Positions 53,101-63,239 of a stretch of 64,000 bases of DNA are shown piece after piece. The position numbers and the translations under genes are program-made. Under the pieces are notes generated by a model. That model worked only from the letters and a program-made list of their open reading frames with translations. It was not told the origin of the DNA and searched no databases. Source of the DNA: Anthoceros angustus (Eukaryota > Plantae > Anthocerotophyta); assembly GCA_010909165.1 (NCBI GenBank), contig MU008152.1, forward strand, positions 372,001-436,000. The letters are read 5' to 3'. Every line of letters begins with the position of its first letter. Positions within the stretch are counted from its first letter, which is position 1.

Positions 53101-53828
53101 CAGGAAGCATGGTTGACGCACAGCAGGTGTTTGACGCTTTGCCGGAAAGAGACGTAGTCATCTGGGGTGCACTGATTGCGGGATACGCCCGTCAAGGAGA
53201 CAGTGAAGAGGTCTTTGACCTGGTGCTCAGAATGAAAAAGGATGGCATACTGCCAGACACCATCACATTTGTCAATGTACTAACAGTATGCAGTCATAGG
53301 GGTCTAGTGACCGAGGGGCGAGAATACTTTGAGGCTATGAGCAGAGTGTATGGCATCACACCTACAACGGACCACTACACATGCATGGTGGATCTCCTGG
53401 GACGTGCAGGACAACTGGACGAGGCTCTAGCCGTAGCAAGGGCAATTCCTGTAGTGCCTGATGCTGCAGTCTGGCACTCTCTTTTGGGTGCTTGTCAAAA
53501 ATGGTGCAACGTGGAGGCGGGACGCCATGCTTTCGATGAAGCAGTGAAGCTAGACAAGGAGGATTCTGCAGCCTATGTCTTGATGTCGAACATATATACT
53601 GGTGCCCAGATGTGGGAGCAAGCCCGGGAAATACAGCTGAGGAGACAAGGCAACAGGGCAAGGAAGCAGCCAGGACAGAGCTGGTGGACCGACATGGACG
53701 GACTGGTGCATAGTTTTTTGGTTGGGGATAAGAAGCATCCTTGCAGCGACGCAAGGATAAAACTTTTGTTCCTCAAAATGAATAAAGATTATTATGAACC
53801 ACACCTGGACTCCCAGTCGGCCGGATGA
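50193..53828 (+). CDS. PLS-class PPR protein (1211-aa ORF; first ATG 50292) with E domains and PGxSWW box; DYW truncated by frameshift
   Basis: Same architecture with more triplets. Ends KQPGQSWWTDMDGLVHSFLVGD...YEPHLDSQSAG-stop; a shifted frame continues PDDGMEDLVCGHS. Confidence 0.93.
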   Translation: MPECPSLRRSSEWLSRFYEPAWVDPKLAAAPVDMQMGCATPTSSWTVPDALDTRKPAGYESGVTAQTVRKLCQQEQLSKTVEALGVLVHTDCPVSISLFHTVLRECLSRKNLHLGRRVHAFTVKMGYESDTFLCNHILRMYTSHARLLEAMDVFAEAAKPDALTWCAIISAHVKQGQDKQAIQLYQRMRKSGVKPDGHVFAAALQACARGADLKSGQQVHADVLDSGIEPDLFVCSGLVDMYAKCGRLLEAQKVFDGLPQKSVVTWSAMIAGYAQQGMGQQALHLYKAMREEGIVTPNSVTFVSVLQACASVGTLALEKGKQLHAEIREQGLQADVVVANSLVNMYAKCGSIADAEVVFNGLPQKDVVSWNIMIAGYSQKGMGPEALHLLMAMQEEGTAAPNPVTFVSLLQACACMGTPALEKGKQLHTQITERGLHTDVFVANSLVNMYSKCGSLEDAQGVFDGLGHKTVVTWNAMIAAYSRQGRGHEALRLYTAMQEEGIFAPDSVTFVCLLQACACLGTSGLEKGKQLHARIRELGLQADVFVGSSLVSMYAKCGTLEDARGAFDGLGDKNVVTWNAMISGYSQQGMGQEALDLYHCMQEEGIVAPDSVTFVSLLQACASVGVIALQKGKQLHAHIREQGLQSDVVIANSLVNMYAKCGSLEDAHGVFDGLPQKDVVTWNVLISGYSQKGMGLEALHLLSAMEEEGMAAPNSVTFLSLLQACASVGTLALEKGKQLHAQIREQGLQADVFIANSLVNMYAKCGSLEDAQRMFDGLSQKDVVTWNAMIAGYSQRGMGHEALRLCGAMQEGLTAPDSVTFVCLLQACASLGSLALEKGKQLHAQIRGQGLQGDVTVASSLLNMYAKCGSLEDAWDIFEGLNEKNVVVWSAMIAGYSQQGMGQEALGLYRAMQEEGIVALDPVIFVCLLQACASVAALHVGRQLHSQIEDQGLQADAAIGSSLINMYAKSGSMVDAQQVFDALPERDVVIWGALIAGYARQGDSEEVFDLVLRMKKDGILPDTITFVNVLTVCSHRGLVTEGREYFEAMSRVYGITPTTDHYTCMVDLLGRAGQLDEALAVARAIPVVPDAAVWHSLLGACQKWCNVEAGRHAFDEAVKLDKEDSAAYVLMSNIYTGAQMWEQAREIQLRRQGNRARKQPGQSWWTDMDGLVHSFLVGDKKHPCSDARIKLLFLKMNKDYYEPHLDSQSAG

Positions 53829-54406
53829 TGGCATGGAAGATCTCGTGTGTGGGCACAGCCGATATCTTCGGCCTAAGCCTAGCAGTCGGGTTGGAAAAGG
53901 TGAGCAGGAAGGAAATTGTCCGAGAAAGGACCATGTAGATGTGTTTGTAGACTCCGATCTCGCGTGTACTATTCGCACTGCATGCTTTTCACAGACGTTA
54001 AAAACCTCAGCAAGTAGCTAGACAGATCTTCTCATTTGATGCCATTGTAGTCGCAGCGTTGATCAGCTGGACCCGACATACGCTTGCTGTGAGAGGTAAT
54101 AATCAAAACCGTTGCGAGGGTTTTGCGCATTCTCCTGTAGTTTGATCTCTGCGTCCAGTGCCGAATTGCAACCACAGGCCTTGCAGATGACTTGTGATTG
54201 GTCGTGGCCAGATCCATGGCTCACAGGTTGTACTCACCTCTGTGCCTCTTGCACTATCAGGTTTACAACGTGCTCCTGCATGCGATGGCTGTCAGGAGGG
54301 TAACGGGAATTGTTGGAAGAGCCTCCGCTCAGTCAACTTCAAGGATCGGAAACAGGGAGGCCTCGAGGTCCAGCACCTTGGATAGAAAGCTAGCTCCGCC
54401 AAACCC

Positions 54407-57313
54407 ATGTGTCACTGGAAAGCGATCTTCCAGCGAGGGTCGTGGCCGGGAGCGCTCTTGTGGAAACGACTTTTCACACATGGGTGGGGTAACAGATCAT
54501 CCACCTGCAGCTTGCCGGATCTCTGGGACCCTCGCAGGTGTGCAGGATGCGAAAGTGGCGTAACCTCTGAAAGCATAAACAAACTATGCCAGCAGGGGCA
54601 GGTCAGGGAGGCCGTTGAAGCTCTGGGATTTCTGGTGCACGAAGACTGTCGGATCTCGAGATCTCTCTTTTTTACGGTCCTGAAAGAATGTGTGGCTAAG
54701 AAGGATTTGCATCTGGGTCGCATTGTCCATGCTCTAGCCGTGAAGGAGGGTTATGGGTCGGACACGTTCTTGTGCAATCGCATCCTGCGAATGTATGCTT
54801 CTCACTCCAGGTTGAAAGAAGCGATGAATGTGTTCACCATGGTTGCTAGACCAGATGCCTTCACGTGGTCTGCTGTAATATCTGCATATGTAAAACATGG
54901 AGAAGATAAGCAGGCCATACGACTATATCATCGGATGTGCAGGTCAGGTGTGCAGCCAGATGGCCATGTGTTTGTAGCAGCCCTTCAAGCTTGTGCCAGG
55001 GGAGTAGACTTGAAATCTGGGCAGCAAGTGCATGCTGATGTGTTGGCTTGTGGCGTTGAGCCTGATGAATTTGTCTCTGGTTGCTTGGTGGACATGTATG
55101 CAAAATGTGGCAGCTTGGAAGACGCTCAAAGAGTGTTTGACGGGCTTCCTCACAAAAGTGTGGTGACGTGGAGTTCCATGATAACAGGATATGCCCAGCA
55201 GGGCATGGGGAGGGAAGCCCTTCACCTCTACAGGGTAATGCAGGGAGAAGGCATGGTTGAACCGAATTCTGTGACCTTTGTGTCCCTCCTCCAGGCATGT
55301 GCTAGTCTGGGGAGACCTGGTTTGGAGGAGGGGAAGCGTCTTCATGCACAAATTAGGGAACAAGGGCTTGACGCTGATATGTTTGTAGGCAGCAGTATGG
55401 TAAACATGTATGCAAAGTGTGGCAGCCTAACAGATGCTCGGAGCGTGTTTGATGGGCTTGATAAGAAAAATGTGGTGACGTGGAATGCCATGCTAGCAGG
55501 GTATTCCCAGCAGGGCATGGGGCACGAAGCCCTTGATCTGTACAGAGCTATGCAAGAGGAAGGGATCGTTGCGCCTGTTTCACTGACATTTGTGTCCCTC
55601 CTGCAGGCATGTGCTAAAATGGGCACCCCGGCTTTAGAGAAAGGCAAACACCTTCATGCACAAATTAGAGAACGGGGCATTCATGCTGACGTGGTTGTAG
55701 CAAACAGCTTGGTAAATATGTATGCAAAGTGCGGCAGCCCAATGGATGCTCAGGGCGTGTTTGATGGACTTGGTCAGAAAGATGTGGTGACATGGAATGC
55801 TATGATAGGAGGATATGTACATAAGGGCATGGGGCTTGAAGCCTTTCATTTACTTAGTGTCATGCAACAAGAAGGCTTGGCTGCACCCAATTCAGTCACA
55901 TTTATGAGTCTCCTGCAGGCGTGTGCAAGAGTAGGCACCCCGGCTTTGAACAAGGGGAAACAGATTCATGAACAAATTAGGGAAAGAGGGCTTCAAGCTG
56001 ATGTCTTTGTAGCCAACAGCTTGGTAAACATGTATGCAAAATGCGGCAGCCTACACGATGCTCAGGGTGTGTTCAATGCACTGCCCCAGAAAGATGTGGC
56101 AACGTGGAATGCCATGATAGCAGGCTATTCTCAGCAAGGGATGGGGCAGGAAGCCCTTGGTCTTTACAGGGCTATGCAAGACGTAATTGCTGCACCCGAT
56201 TCAGTAACATTTGTATGTCTTCTGCAGGCATGTGCACAATTGGGTACGCCAGGTTTGGAGATGGGAAAGCAGCTACATACGCAAATTAGAGAGCAAGGAC
56301 TACATGCTGATTTATTAGTAGCCAGCAGTTTGGTGAACATGTATGCCAAGTGTGGCAGCTTGGAGAATGCTAGGGCCTTGTTTGACAAACTCTGTGAAAA
56401 GAATGTGGTGACCTGGAGTGCCATGATAGCAGGATATTCCCAGCAGGGCATGGGACAGGAAGCGCTTCATCTTTACAGGACTATGCAAGAAGAAGGCATT
56501 GTTACACTTGATTCTGTGACATTTGTTTGCCTCCTACAGGCATGTGCAAGTGTAGCAGCTTTGCATCTGGGAAGGCAGCTTCATGCACAGATTCAAGTTC
56601 AGAAGTTGCAAGCTGAGCCTATCCTTCGCAACAGTTTGATAAACATGTACGCAAAATCAGGGAGCATGCTTCATGCTCGGCAGGTGTTTGATGCATTGCC
56701 AGAAAGAGATGTTGTCACATGGACTGCACTGATTGCAGGATACACCTGTCAAGGGGACAGCAAAGAGGTCTTTGACTTGTTTCTCAAAATGAGAGAAGAT
56801 GGCATAGAACCTGATGGCATCACGTTCCTTAGTGTACTAACAGTATGCAGTCATAAGGGTCTAGTGAACAAAGCGCGAGAGTACTTTGAAGCTATGATCA
56901 GAAAGCATCGCATTACTCCCATGCCAGATCACTACACATGCATGGTGGATCTTCTGGGTCGAGCAGGGCAATTGGACGAGGCAATAGCATTGATAAGTAC
57001 GATGCCTGTACGGCCTGATGCTGCAGTTTGGCACTCTCTTCTCGCTGCTTGTCAAAAGTGGAACAATGTGGAGGTGGGATGCCATGCATTTCATGAAGCA
57101 GTCAAGCTCGACACTAAAGATGCTGTAGCATATGTGTTGATGTCCAACATATATAGTGGTGCCCAGATGTGGGAACAATCACAGGAGATGAAGTTCAGGA
57201 GAATAAGAAACAAGGCTTGGAAGCAGCCAGGCCAGAGCTGGTGGACAGATATGGACGGGCTGGTCCATAGTTTTCTGGTTGGGGATCAGAATAGTTGTCT
57301 GGGTTGGGGATAA
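54407..57313 (+). CDS. PLS-class PPR protein (968 aa) ending just after the PGxSWW box; no DYW
   Basis: PLS triplets, E domains, KQPGQSWWTDMDGLVHSFLVGDQNSCLGWG-stop. Confidence 0.93.
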   Translation: MCHWKAIFQRGSWPGALLWKRLFTHGWGNRSSTCSLPDLWDPRRCAGCESGVTSESINKLCQQGQVREAVEALGFLVHEDCRISRSLFFTVLKECVAKKDLHLGRIVHALAVKEGYGSDTFLCNRILRMYASHSRLKEAMNVFTMVARPDAFTWSAVISAYVKHGEDKQAIRLYHRMCRSGVQPDGHVFVAALQACARGVDLKSGQQVHADVLACGVEPDEFVSGCLVDMYAKCGSLEDAQRVFDGLPHKSVVTWSSMITGYAQQGMGREALHLYRVMQGEGMVEPNSVTFVSLLQACASLGRPGLEEGKRLHAQIREQGLDADMFVGSSMVNMYAKCGSLTDARSVFDGLDKKNVVTWNAMLAGYSQQGMGHEALDLYRAMQEEGIVAPVSLTFVSLLQACAKMGTPALEKGKHLHAQIRERGIHADVVVANSLVNMYAKCGSPMDAQGVFDGLGQKDVVTWNAMIGGYVHKGMGLEAFHLLSVMQQEGLAAPNSVTFMSLLQACARVGTPALNKGKQIHEQIRERGLQADVFVANSLVNMYAKCGSLHDAQGVFNALPQKDVATWNAMIAGYSQQGMGQEALGLYRAMQDVIAAPDSVTFVCLLQACAQLGTPGLEMGKQLHTQIREQGLHADLLVASSLVNMYAKCGSLENARALFDKLCEKNVVTWSAMIAGYSQQGMGQEALHLYRTMQEEGIVTLDSVTFVCLLQACASVAALHLGRQLHAQIQVQKLQAEPILRNSLINMYAKSGSMLHARQVFDALPERDVVTWTALIAGYTCQGDSKEVFDLFLKMREDGIEPDGITFLSVLTVCSHKGLVNKAREYFEAMIRKHRITPMPDHYTCMVDLLGRAGQLDEAIALISTMPVRPDAAVWHSLLAACQKWNNVEVGCHAFHEAVKLDTKDAVAYVLMSNIYSGAQMWEQSQEMKFRRIRNKAWKQPGQSWWTDMDGLVHSFLVGDQNSCLGWG

Positions 57314-57327
57314 TGAAGCAATGGATG

Positions 57328-57531
57328 AGTAATGAAGTATTCTGGGCATTTCATCCAGCGTAGCTATCAGATGATTAGGGGTTAAAAGAGTTTTCTGGTT
57401 AGGGATCAAATAGTTTGCTGATTGAGGACCGGAATAGTTTTCTGGTTGAGGATCAGAATAGTTTTTTAGATAAAGTCTGACTATGAGATTGACTAGGTGT
57501 GATAACTACATCCCCATAATGCTTCATTACT
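57328..57531. repeat. ~200-bp fold-back (19-bp inverted arms) enclosing two extra copies of the PPR3 3' coding motif
   Basis: 57328-57346 agtaatgaagtattctggg versus the reverse complement of 57513-57531, agtaatgaagcattatggg (17/19). The motif agttttctggtt(g/a)(g/a)ggatca occurs at 57268, 57389 and 57435. Confidence 0.7.
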
Positions 57532-58100
57532 GATCACAAGTGTTTTGGCATCTTCAAAAAAGTTGTGCGCAAGTGAATTATTACGAAACATTATCATTCG
57601 CACCTAAAGTCGCTTGGAATCAGGCTGGTAATGGCTGGGGATCTGTCGTTACCCTGGACATATTCCACCCAAGGCACCCTGTCTGGGTATTTGCTTATAC
57701 AGACATCTATGTATATAGAAGAAAAGAAAATATTGGCATAGGCTTGTGCTGCACGTTATGTGAATTTGCTCTCTGTGGCGCCGGTGGTCTAAACTCTAAA
57801 CGGCGTCTAAACTGCCTGTGAAGGCGGCCCTTCCCTGAATCAAGCATCAGCGGCCTTGGGCGAACTAGTTTGGTCCCCGCAACTGCCGCAACCGTTTTAC
57901 CCGTTGAACTGACCACATTCACGGGGCTGGGAGTGAGCGGCGAGAAATGTGGCTCGTAGCCCAGCCCTGACCTGCATGATGTTTCTGGCATCGAATTCGG
58001 ATCATTCACAAGTCTGTGTGCACTCCGCCATCAGCTCCTTCCTGGAATCGGAGCTGGTCGCTCAGTTGCAGCAACGGCAGGAGCTTTGTAGCGCTAAACC

Positions 58101-59824
58101 ATGGCCCCAACTTCCGGATGTGGCACAATGGCAGCTGCGGCTGCAGCGTTGGGCTTGTGGGTGTGTGTCGCTTGCCTTGCTTGGGCGCCAGCTGGCTGCA
58201 ATGCTGTTGCTGGTGCAAGAAGCTTCGGTGCAGCCGAGTACCAGGAAGCCCCGTCCAAGGCCATCCTCTTCTACGAGGGCCTGCGATCTGGGCCGCTGCC
58301 CACATCCCAGAGATTGACGTGGAGGGGGGATTCTGGCTTGACTGACGGATCCTCATCCAGCGTAGATTTGGTGGGAGGATACTACGACGCTGGCGACAAT
58401 GTCAAGTTCACCTGCCCATGACCTTCACCATCACGCTGCTTTCGTGGACGGTGATCCAGAAGGGCAAGGAGCTGGCTGCAGCGGGAGAGATGAAGCACTC
58501 ACAAGACGCCATCCGCTGGGGCACTGACTACTTGCTCAAAGCTCACACGGGACCGAGCGAGCTGTACGTTCAGGTGGCGGACTCGACCAAGGATCATGCG
58601 CGCTGGCAGAGGCCCGAGGACATGCAGACTGACCGCACTGCCTACAAGATTGACGCCACCAATCCAGGCTCCAACGCTGCTGCGGAAACGGCTGCCGCTC
58701 TGGCTGCTGCCTCCATTGTGTTCCAGGCCAGTGACGCCCAGTACTCTGCTACGCTTTTGGCAAGTGCCACTGAGCTCTTCTCTTTCGCGGATGAGTACAG
58801 AGCAGCATGCAGCGACGGGTCGCTGAAGCCGCAAGTGTGCCCATTCTACTGCCCCCACTCGGGCTTCAAGGATGAGCTGCTGTGGGGAGCCGCCTGGCTG
58901 TACAAGGCATCCAGGGACGACAAGTACCTGCAATACCTGGTGGACAACGGCGAGGAGCTGGGTGGAGCCACCACCTCCGCGCCGACGCTCAGCTGGGATA
59001 ACAAATATGCGGGTGCTCAGGTCTTGGCTGCCCAGTTCTTCCTTGCGGGCAAAGCCGATGGTCTTGGCTGCCCAGTTCTTCCTTGCGGGCAAAGCCGATA
59101 GTCTGCAGGGCTACAAGCAGCAAGCCGATGCATTCGTGTGCGGCATCATGCCAGGCGTCTCTGCAGCCAAGTATACTCCTGGTACGTCGTGCTTCTACAT
59201 TTATCCGTTCCCCTAGCCTTGCCTTGTTGAATATTGAAGGAATGCTGAGATGATTGATCGCCTTGTGAACCTTGTATGACGTCTTGTGCAGGCGGGCTCT
59301 TCTAGATCTATTTCGCGGCAGGCAGCAATCTGCAGTACGTGACCGCATCTTCCTTCCTCCTTCTCGTCTACGCCAAGTACCTAGACTCATCGCAGCAGAC
59401 AGTCACATGGCACCACGACCATCACTCCCTCCCAGCTTTGTGCCCAGGCCAAAACCCAGGTACAGTCGGGATGGTACAAATCTGGCTCCTCCCCCACTTA
59501 TATTTAATGCATTCTATACTTTTTATTCTGGCTGAGACTCTGCATCCTCATCACGTTTCGAAATTCATTGATGCCTGCTGCAGGTGGACAACATTCTGGG
59601 AGACAATCCTCAGCGCATGTCGTACATGGTGTGATTTGGTTCACCATTGGGCGGCTTCAGTGCCGTGCATCAAGACTCACCCTGCCGAGATCGCCTGCTC
59701 TGACAGCTTCTCCTACTACAAGGCCAGCATCTCCGACCCCAACCCTCTAACAGGAGGCATTATGGGAGGACCCGACGAGGCCGATGCCTATGGTGGGCCT
59801 CTTGGCACACCTTGCTGCAGCCTG
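58101..59824 (+). pseudogene. GH9 endo-1,4-beta-glucanase pseudogene (copy 1)
   Basis: Signal peptide, [19 protein letters not shown]...[46 protein letters not shown]. Lesions: frameshift near 58410, 40-bp tandem duplication 59020-59099, stop/deletion in the SYMVG...HHR region, and loss of the segment between GGPD...AY and VGLLAHL that normally carries the catalytic Glu. Confidence 0.9.
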
Positions 59825-59892
59825 ATGCTTTTCACACTGTGAAGCGTTCGATCGTCTCGACCCAAGCTTGTATCATGTATGAAGAAATTTAG

Positions 59893-59980
59893 TCCAGTTA
59901 GTGTAGGCAGTTGCTAGCGCTGCGGCCGGAAGGCCTATACCCATTGAAGAGCATTAGGTGCCTCCCTGGGCTGCCCTTAG
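59893..59980 (+). repeat. ~90-bp dispersed direct repeat, copy A (copy B at 62595-62679)
   Basis: tccagtt...tgtagg-agttgc...ccggaaggc-tataccc-ttgaagagc...gtgcctc-ctgggctgcccttag is shared by both copies. Confidence 0.8.
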
Positions 59981-61004
59981 GTAGATTACTCATTCGTTGT
60001 GTAGCTCAAAGTTGTGGTACAACTGAAAAGCTGGACCAACTCGTTCTTGGCCGTTGGCTATAAGTAAATGCATCTCCATCTAAAAGCCTATTTGATCTGT
60101 CCACAGACTTCAAATTTGGACTAAACGTTTTTGCAGCTTGCATCCTGGAGTCCTTGTCCTTCCTTGCCTGGTTCCTTTCACGAGAATCCCGACCACGTTC
60201 CTGCAAGAGCTATAAAACCAGGCAGGCAGGAGCTGTACATGTTGAGGTACAGACACCTACAGTCTCCTGCAACCTCATTTCCTGGCTACCCTAAAATTTT
60301 GGGCCGCACGCCAATCCTGCGCTCATCTTAGCTTGGATGCTTGGCTATCACAACAAGTTTCTCCGACTGACCGAGAGGGGAAGTGGTCAGCATAATCTCG
60401 GTTGCCTGACCACCCAAACAGTCAACTTGCCAGACAAACAGTCTTGCCTTTGCTGCTTCACACCATGATCTCGCTAGCACGAGAACTGAAAAGGTACGCA
60501 AGAAAACGGATGATCTTCTAGTTGGAACCCTATGGAAGCTGCAGCCATGTCTTTCACCTTGGACTTCCGTGGCATGTCCTACATACGCCCTGTTTTCTGT
60601 ATACATTCCGGCAGAGCAGTTAGAAAGGAACATAATTTATGGCCCCAAAATGACATATTTTTGACCACCTGGTGGAAGGTCCGACCATGCATCGTAGACA
60701 ACCATTTCCATGCTTGTAAGTTGTTCATGTGTTTATAACTGAGCTTGCAAGGCAAATACTGGCCGGATACAGCTTGGGACTGACAAGGCGCTCCAGTTCT
60801 TGGTCTCTCACATCATTGGACGGTCGCGCCCCGATCGCTTGACTTCATCGACTGTATGCACCAAGCCTCAGAGGGACGCAGCGGGAACCAACAAAGGGTC
60901 AGTGCAGCCGCAGCAGGTACAGACACACTTGTCCTGGCAAACAAGGATTGGCTATCATTGTAAATGTCTACATCCGTTCAGGTGTTCACCATGCGCGGCT
61001 AGGG

Positions 61005-62036
61005 TCAGGGCCAGTTCATGGCCCACAGTGGATCCATCTCCTGCTGGGAGACTGCAGCGGAGTCCCTTTCGGTATCGTTCGGAGACGCGCAGTTTTGCGT
61101 ACCATTTTGAGGAGGGGAAGCGAGCAAATTCATGACATTCATGCCCTCAAATAAAGAGCAGCAGCACGGCTGTGATGTCTGTCCTGAATCTGGCCCAAGA
61201 AGACCATTGCTGTCACTACTTGGAACTCCGCAGCAGCAGCTGCAACTGCTGGAAGCTGCCCTACTGCTATCTACGTGGGAAGTGCTGATGAAGTCCAGGT
61301 CCGAGATGCCAAGTTCAGGGTAGGCGGGACCGAGATCGAGAGCAGGGAAGTCGTCCACGTCCAAATTGTAGGCGGGAAGTTCCGGCATCAGATTGTCCTT
61401 GCATTCCGGTGACTTGTCAGATTCTACCTCCTTCAGGCGTTTCACCTGGAGGACAGTTGGACATTCTCATGTCAAACAAAGCCAACAGTGCACTCAAACA
61501 AGGTTACAGCTACATCAAACTCCTGAAGGGGCGAAACGCTGACAGCATTGAGTTCAAACAAAAGAGAAACATCAATTTCCGTCAGTGTCCGCATACATGA
61601 ATGATCAAACCGGTAGGAAGCATCCAGTGTCACGCGGTCCCCCTCACAATAAAAAGCACGAGAAAATGAAATTCACCTCCTCAGCGAGTTTCTCCTTCTC
61701 ATCCAGCAACGCATTGTACTTGTCCTTGAAGGCAAGGTACTCAGCCTTGAGAAGCAGGAAGTCCTTCTCCAGCTGCTTCCCCTTCCATCTCGCGCGGCGG
61801 TTTTGAAACCAAATCGCCACCTGTCGCGGTTGCAAAGCCAGCTCCCTGGCCAGCCGGAGCTTAGTTTCCTGCTCCAATCTGGGGCCCTGGGTAACGAAGT
61901 TGTGCTCCAGCACCCGCACTTCCTTAGCCGTGAGCCTCCGCTTGGAACTCTTCCACTGCCCGGCCAATTCTTCCTCTCCGGCACATCCGGCATCCGCGCC
62001 GTCCGCCCCGCCGTGGCCACTCAAGTCGGCCGCCAT
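61005..62036 (-). CDS. Class I HD-Zip homeobox-leucine zipper transcription factor, at least 2 exons
   Basis: [16 protein letters not shown]...[35 protein letters not shown], followed by a zipper continuing into exon 61005-61445 (VKRLKE...PLWAMNWP-stop). The start may lie in an upstream exon. Confidence 0.88.
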
Positions 62037-62594
62037 GGACACAGACGTGATTCGACGACATTGAGGCCGCCGCCACCGGAGGCCCCTTAAGCGCAGGCAT
62101 GCCGCGGCCCCTGAAGCTGGCTGAGCTCACCAAGCAACAGCGCAAGCTAATCCTGGGATGCCATGGAAACCCGCGGGCAAGGCATCGGGAGCGGCTGCAC
62201 GGGGGCTCGCGTCCCGCGGAGAGAGAGCAAACCGTGTGATTCCCTGACTCTTATCAGACAACCCTAAAAACACCATGTCCACGTAGCACACGGATAACGA
62301 ACGCGTAAACACCAATCGCCTGACCCCAAGCCACGACCTCCACTACCCTGGCAGCAGCCAGGAACGCTTGAACTACTCACCGCGCGGGTCACAACAAGGA
62401 GCGGCCTGCTTCCGCCATCCGCCATTGCCTTTGCTGATCACACTGCGGTCTGGGAGTAGATTACGTACCTTAGGGAGCAGAGCAACAAATCAGCCACCTG
62501 GAAAGCATGTTGCCAAGGGCGGTCATCTTGCTGTGTGTGCATTTGTGGGTGAAGTGGTCAGTGGTCACCAAATTTGTCTCATAAATGCAGAACA

Positions 62595-62679
62595 TCCAGT
62601 TCCTGTAGGTAGTTGCCACCGCTGTAGCCGGAAGGCTTATACCCTTTGAAGAGCCAGTGCCTCACTGGGCTGCCCTTAG
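62595..62679 (+). repeat. ~90-bp dispersed direct repeat, copy B
   Basis: Aligns by eye to 59893-59980. Confidence 0.8.
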
Positions 62680-63239
62680 CACAAAGTCGTCATGGTGCAA
62701 CGGAGGCTGCACCAATTCGCACAAAGTTATTATGGTACAACTGAGGCCGCACCAATTCATTGTTGGCCATTGGTAACCAAAAAACAAAAAGTATTATCTC
62801 CTTCTAAAGCCTCTCTATCCACAAACTTCAAATCTGGATTCAGTGTTGATTGAGTCCAGACTAACCACAATTTGCACTTCAAATCCTTCCCATCGCCTCT
62901 CAATGAGACAACATGATTGCTGCCCTGCGGAGGGAAGGGTGGTAGGCATTCTACTGATCCCTTAAACCCTTCAAGCACTGTGTTGAAGGCCATTCAGGCA
63001 AACGCTGATGTTGCAAGATAGCTTCATATCTGGCTGAGCTCCCGGCAGGGCATAAGGCAGCAAGTCCCTCGTCTATCAATACCGTGTTATGCAAGTTTGC
63101 ATTTGAAAATTATTCAACATCCCGACATCAACATCAATATTCTGAACAGACATAAGCTTGAACAGACGGTTTCCGTGTTTCTGCCAGATCAGCCTCTGCT
63201 AAAGTTGCAGATGATGCCTGGTTTAGTTTGCACTTTGAG

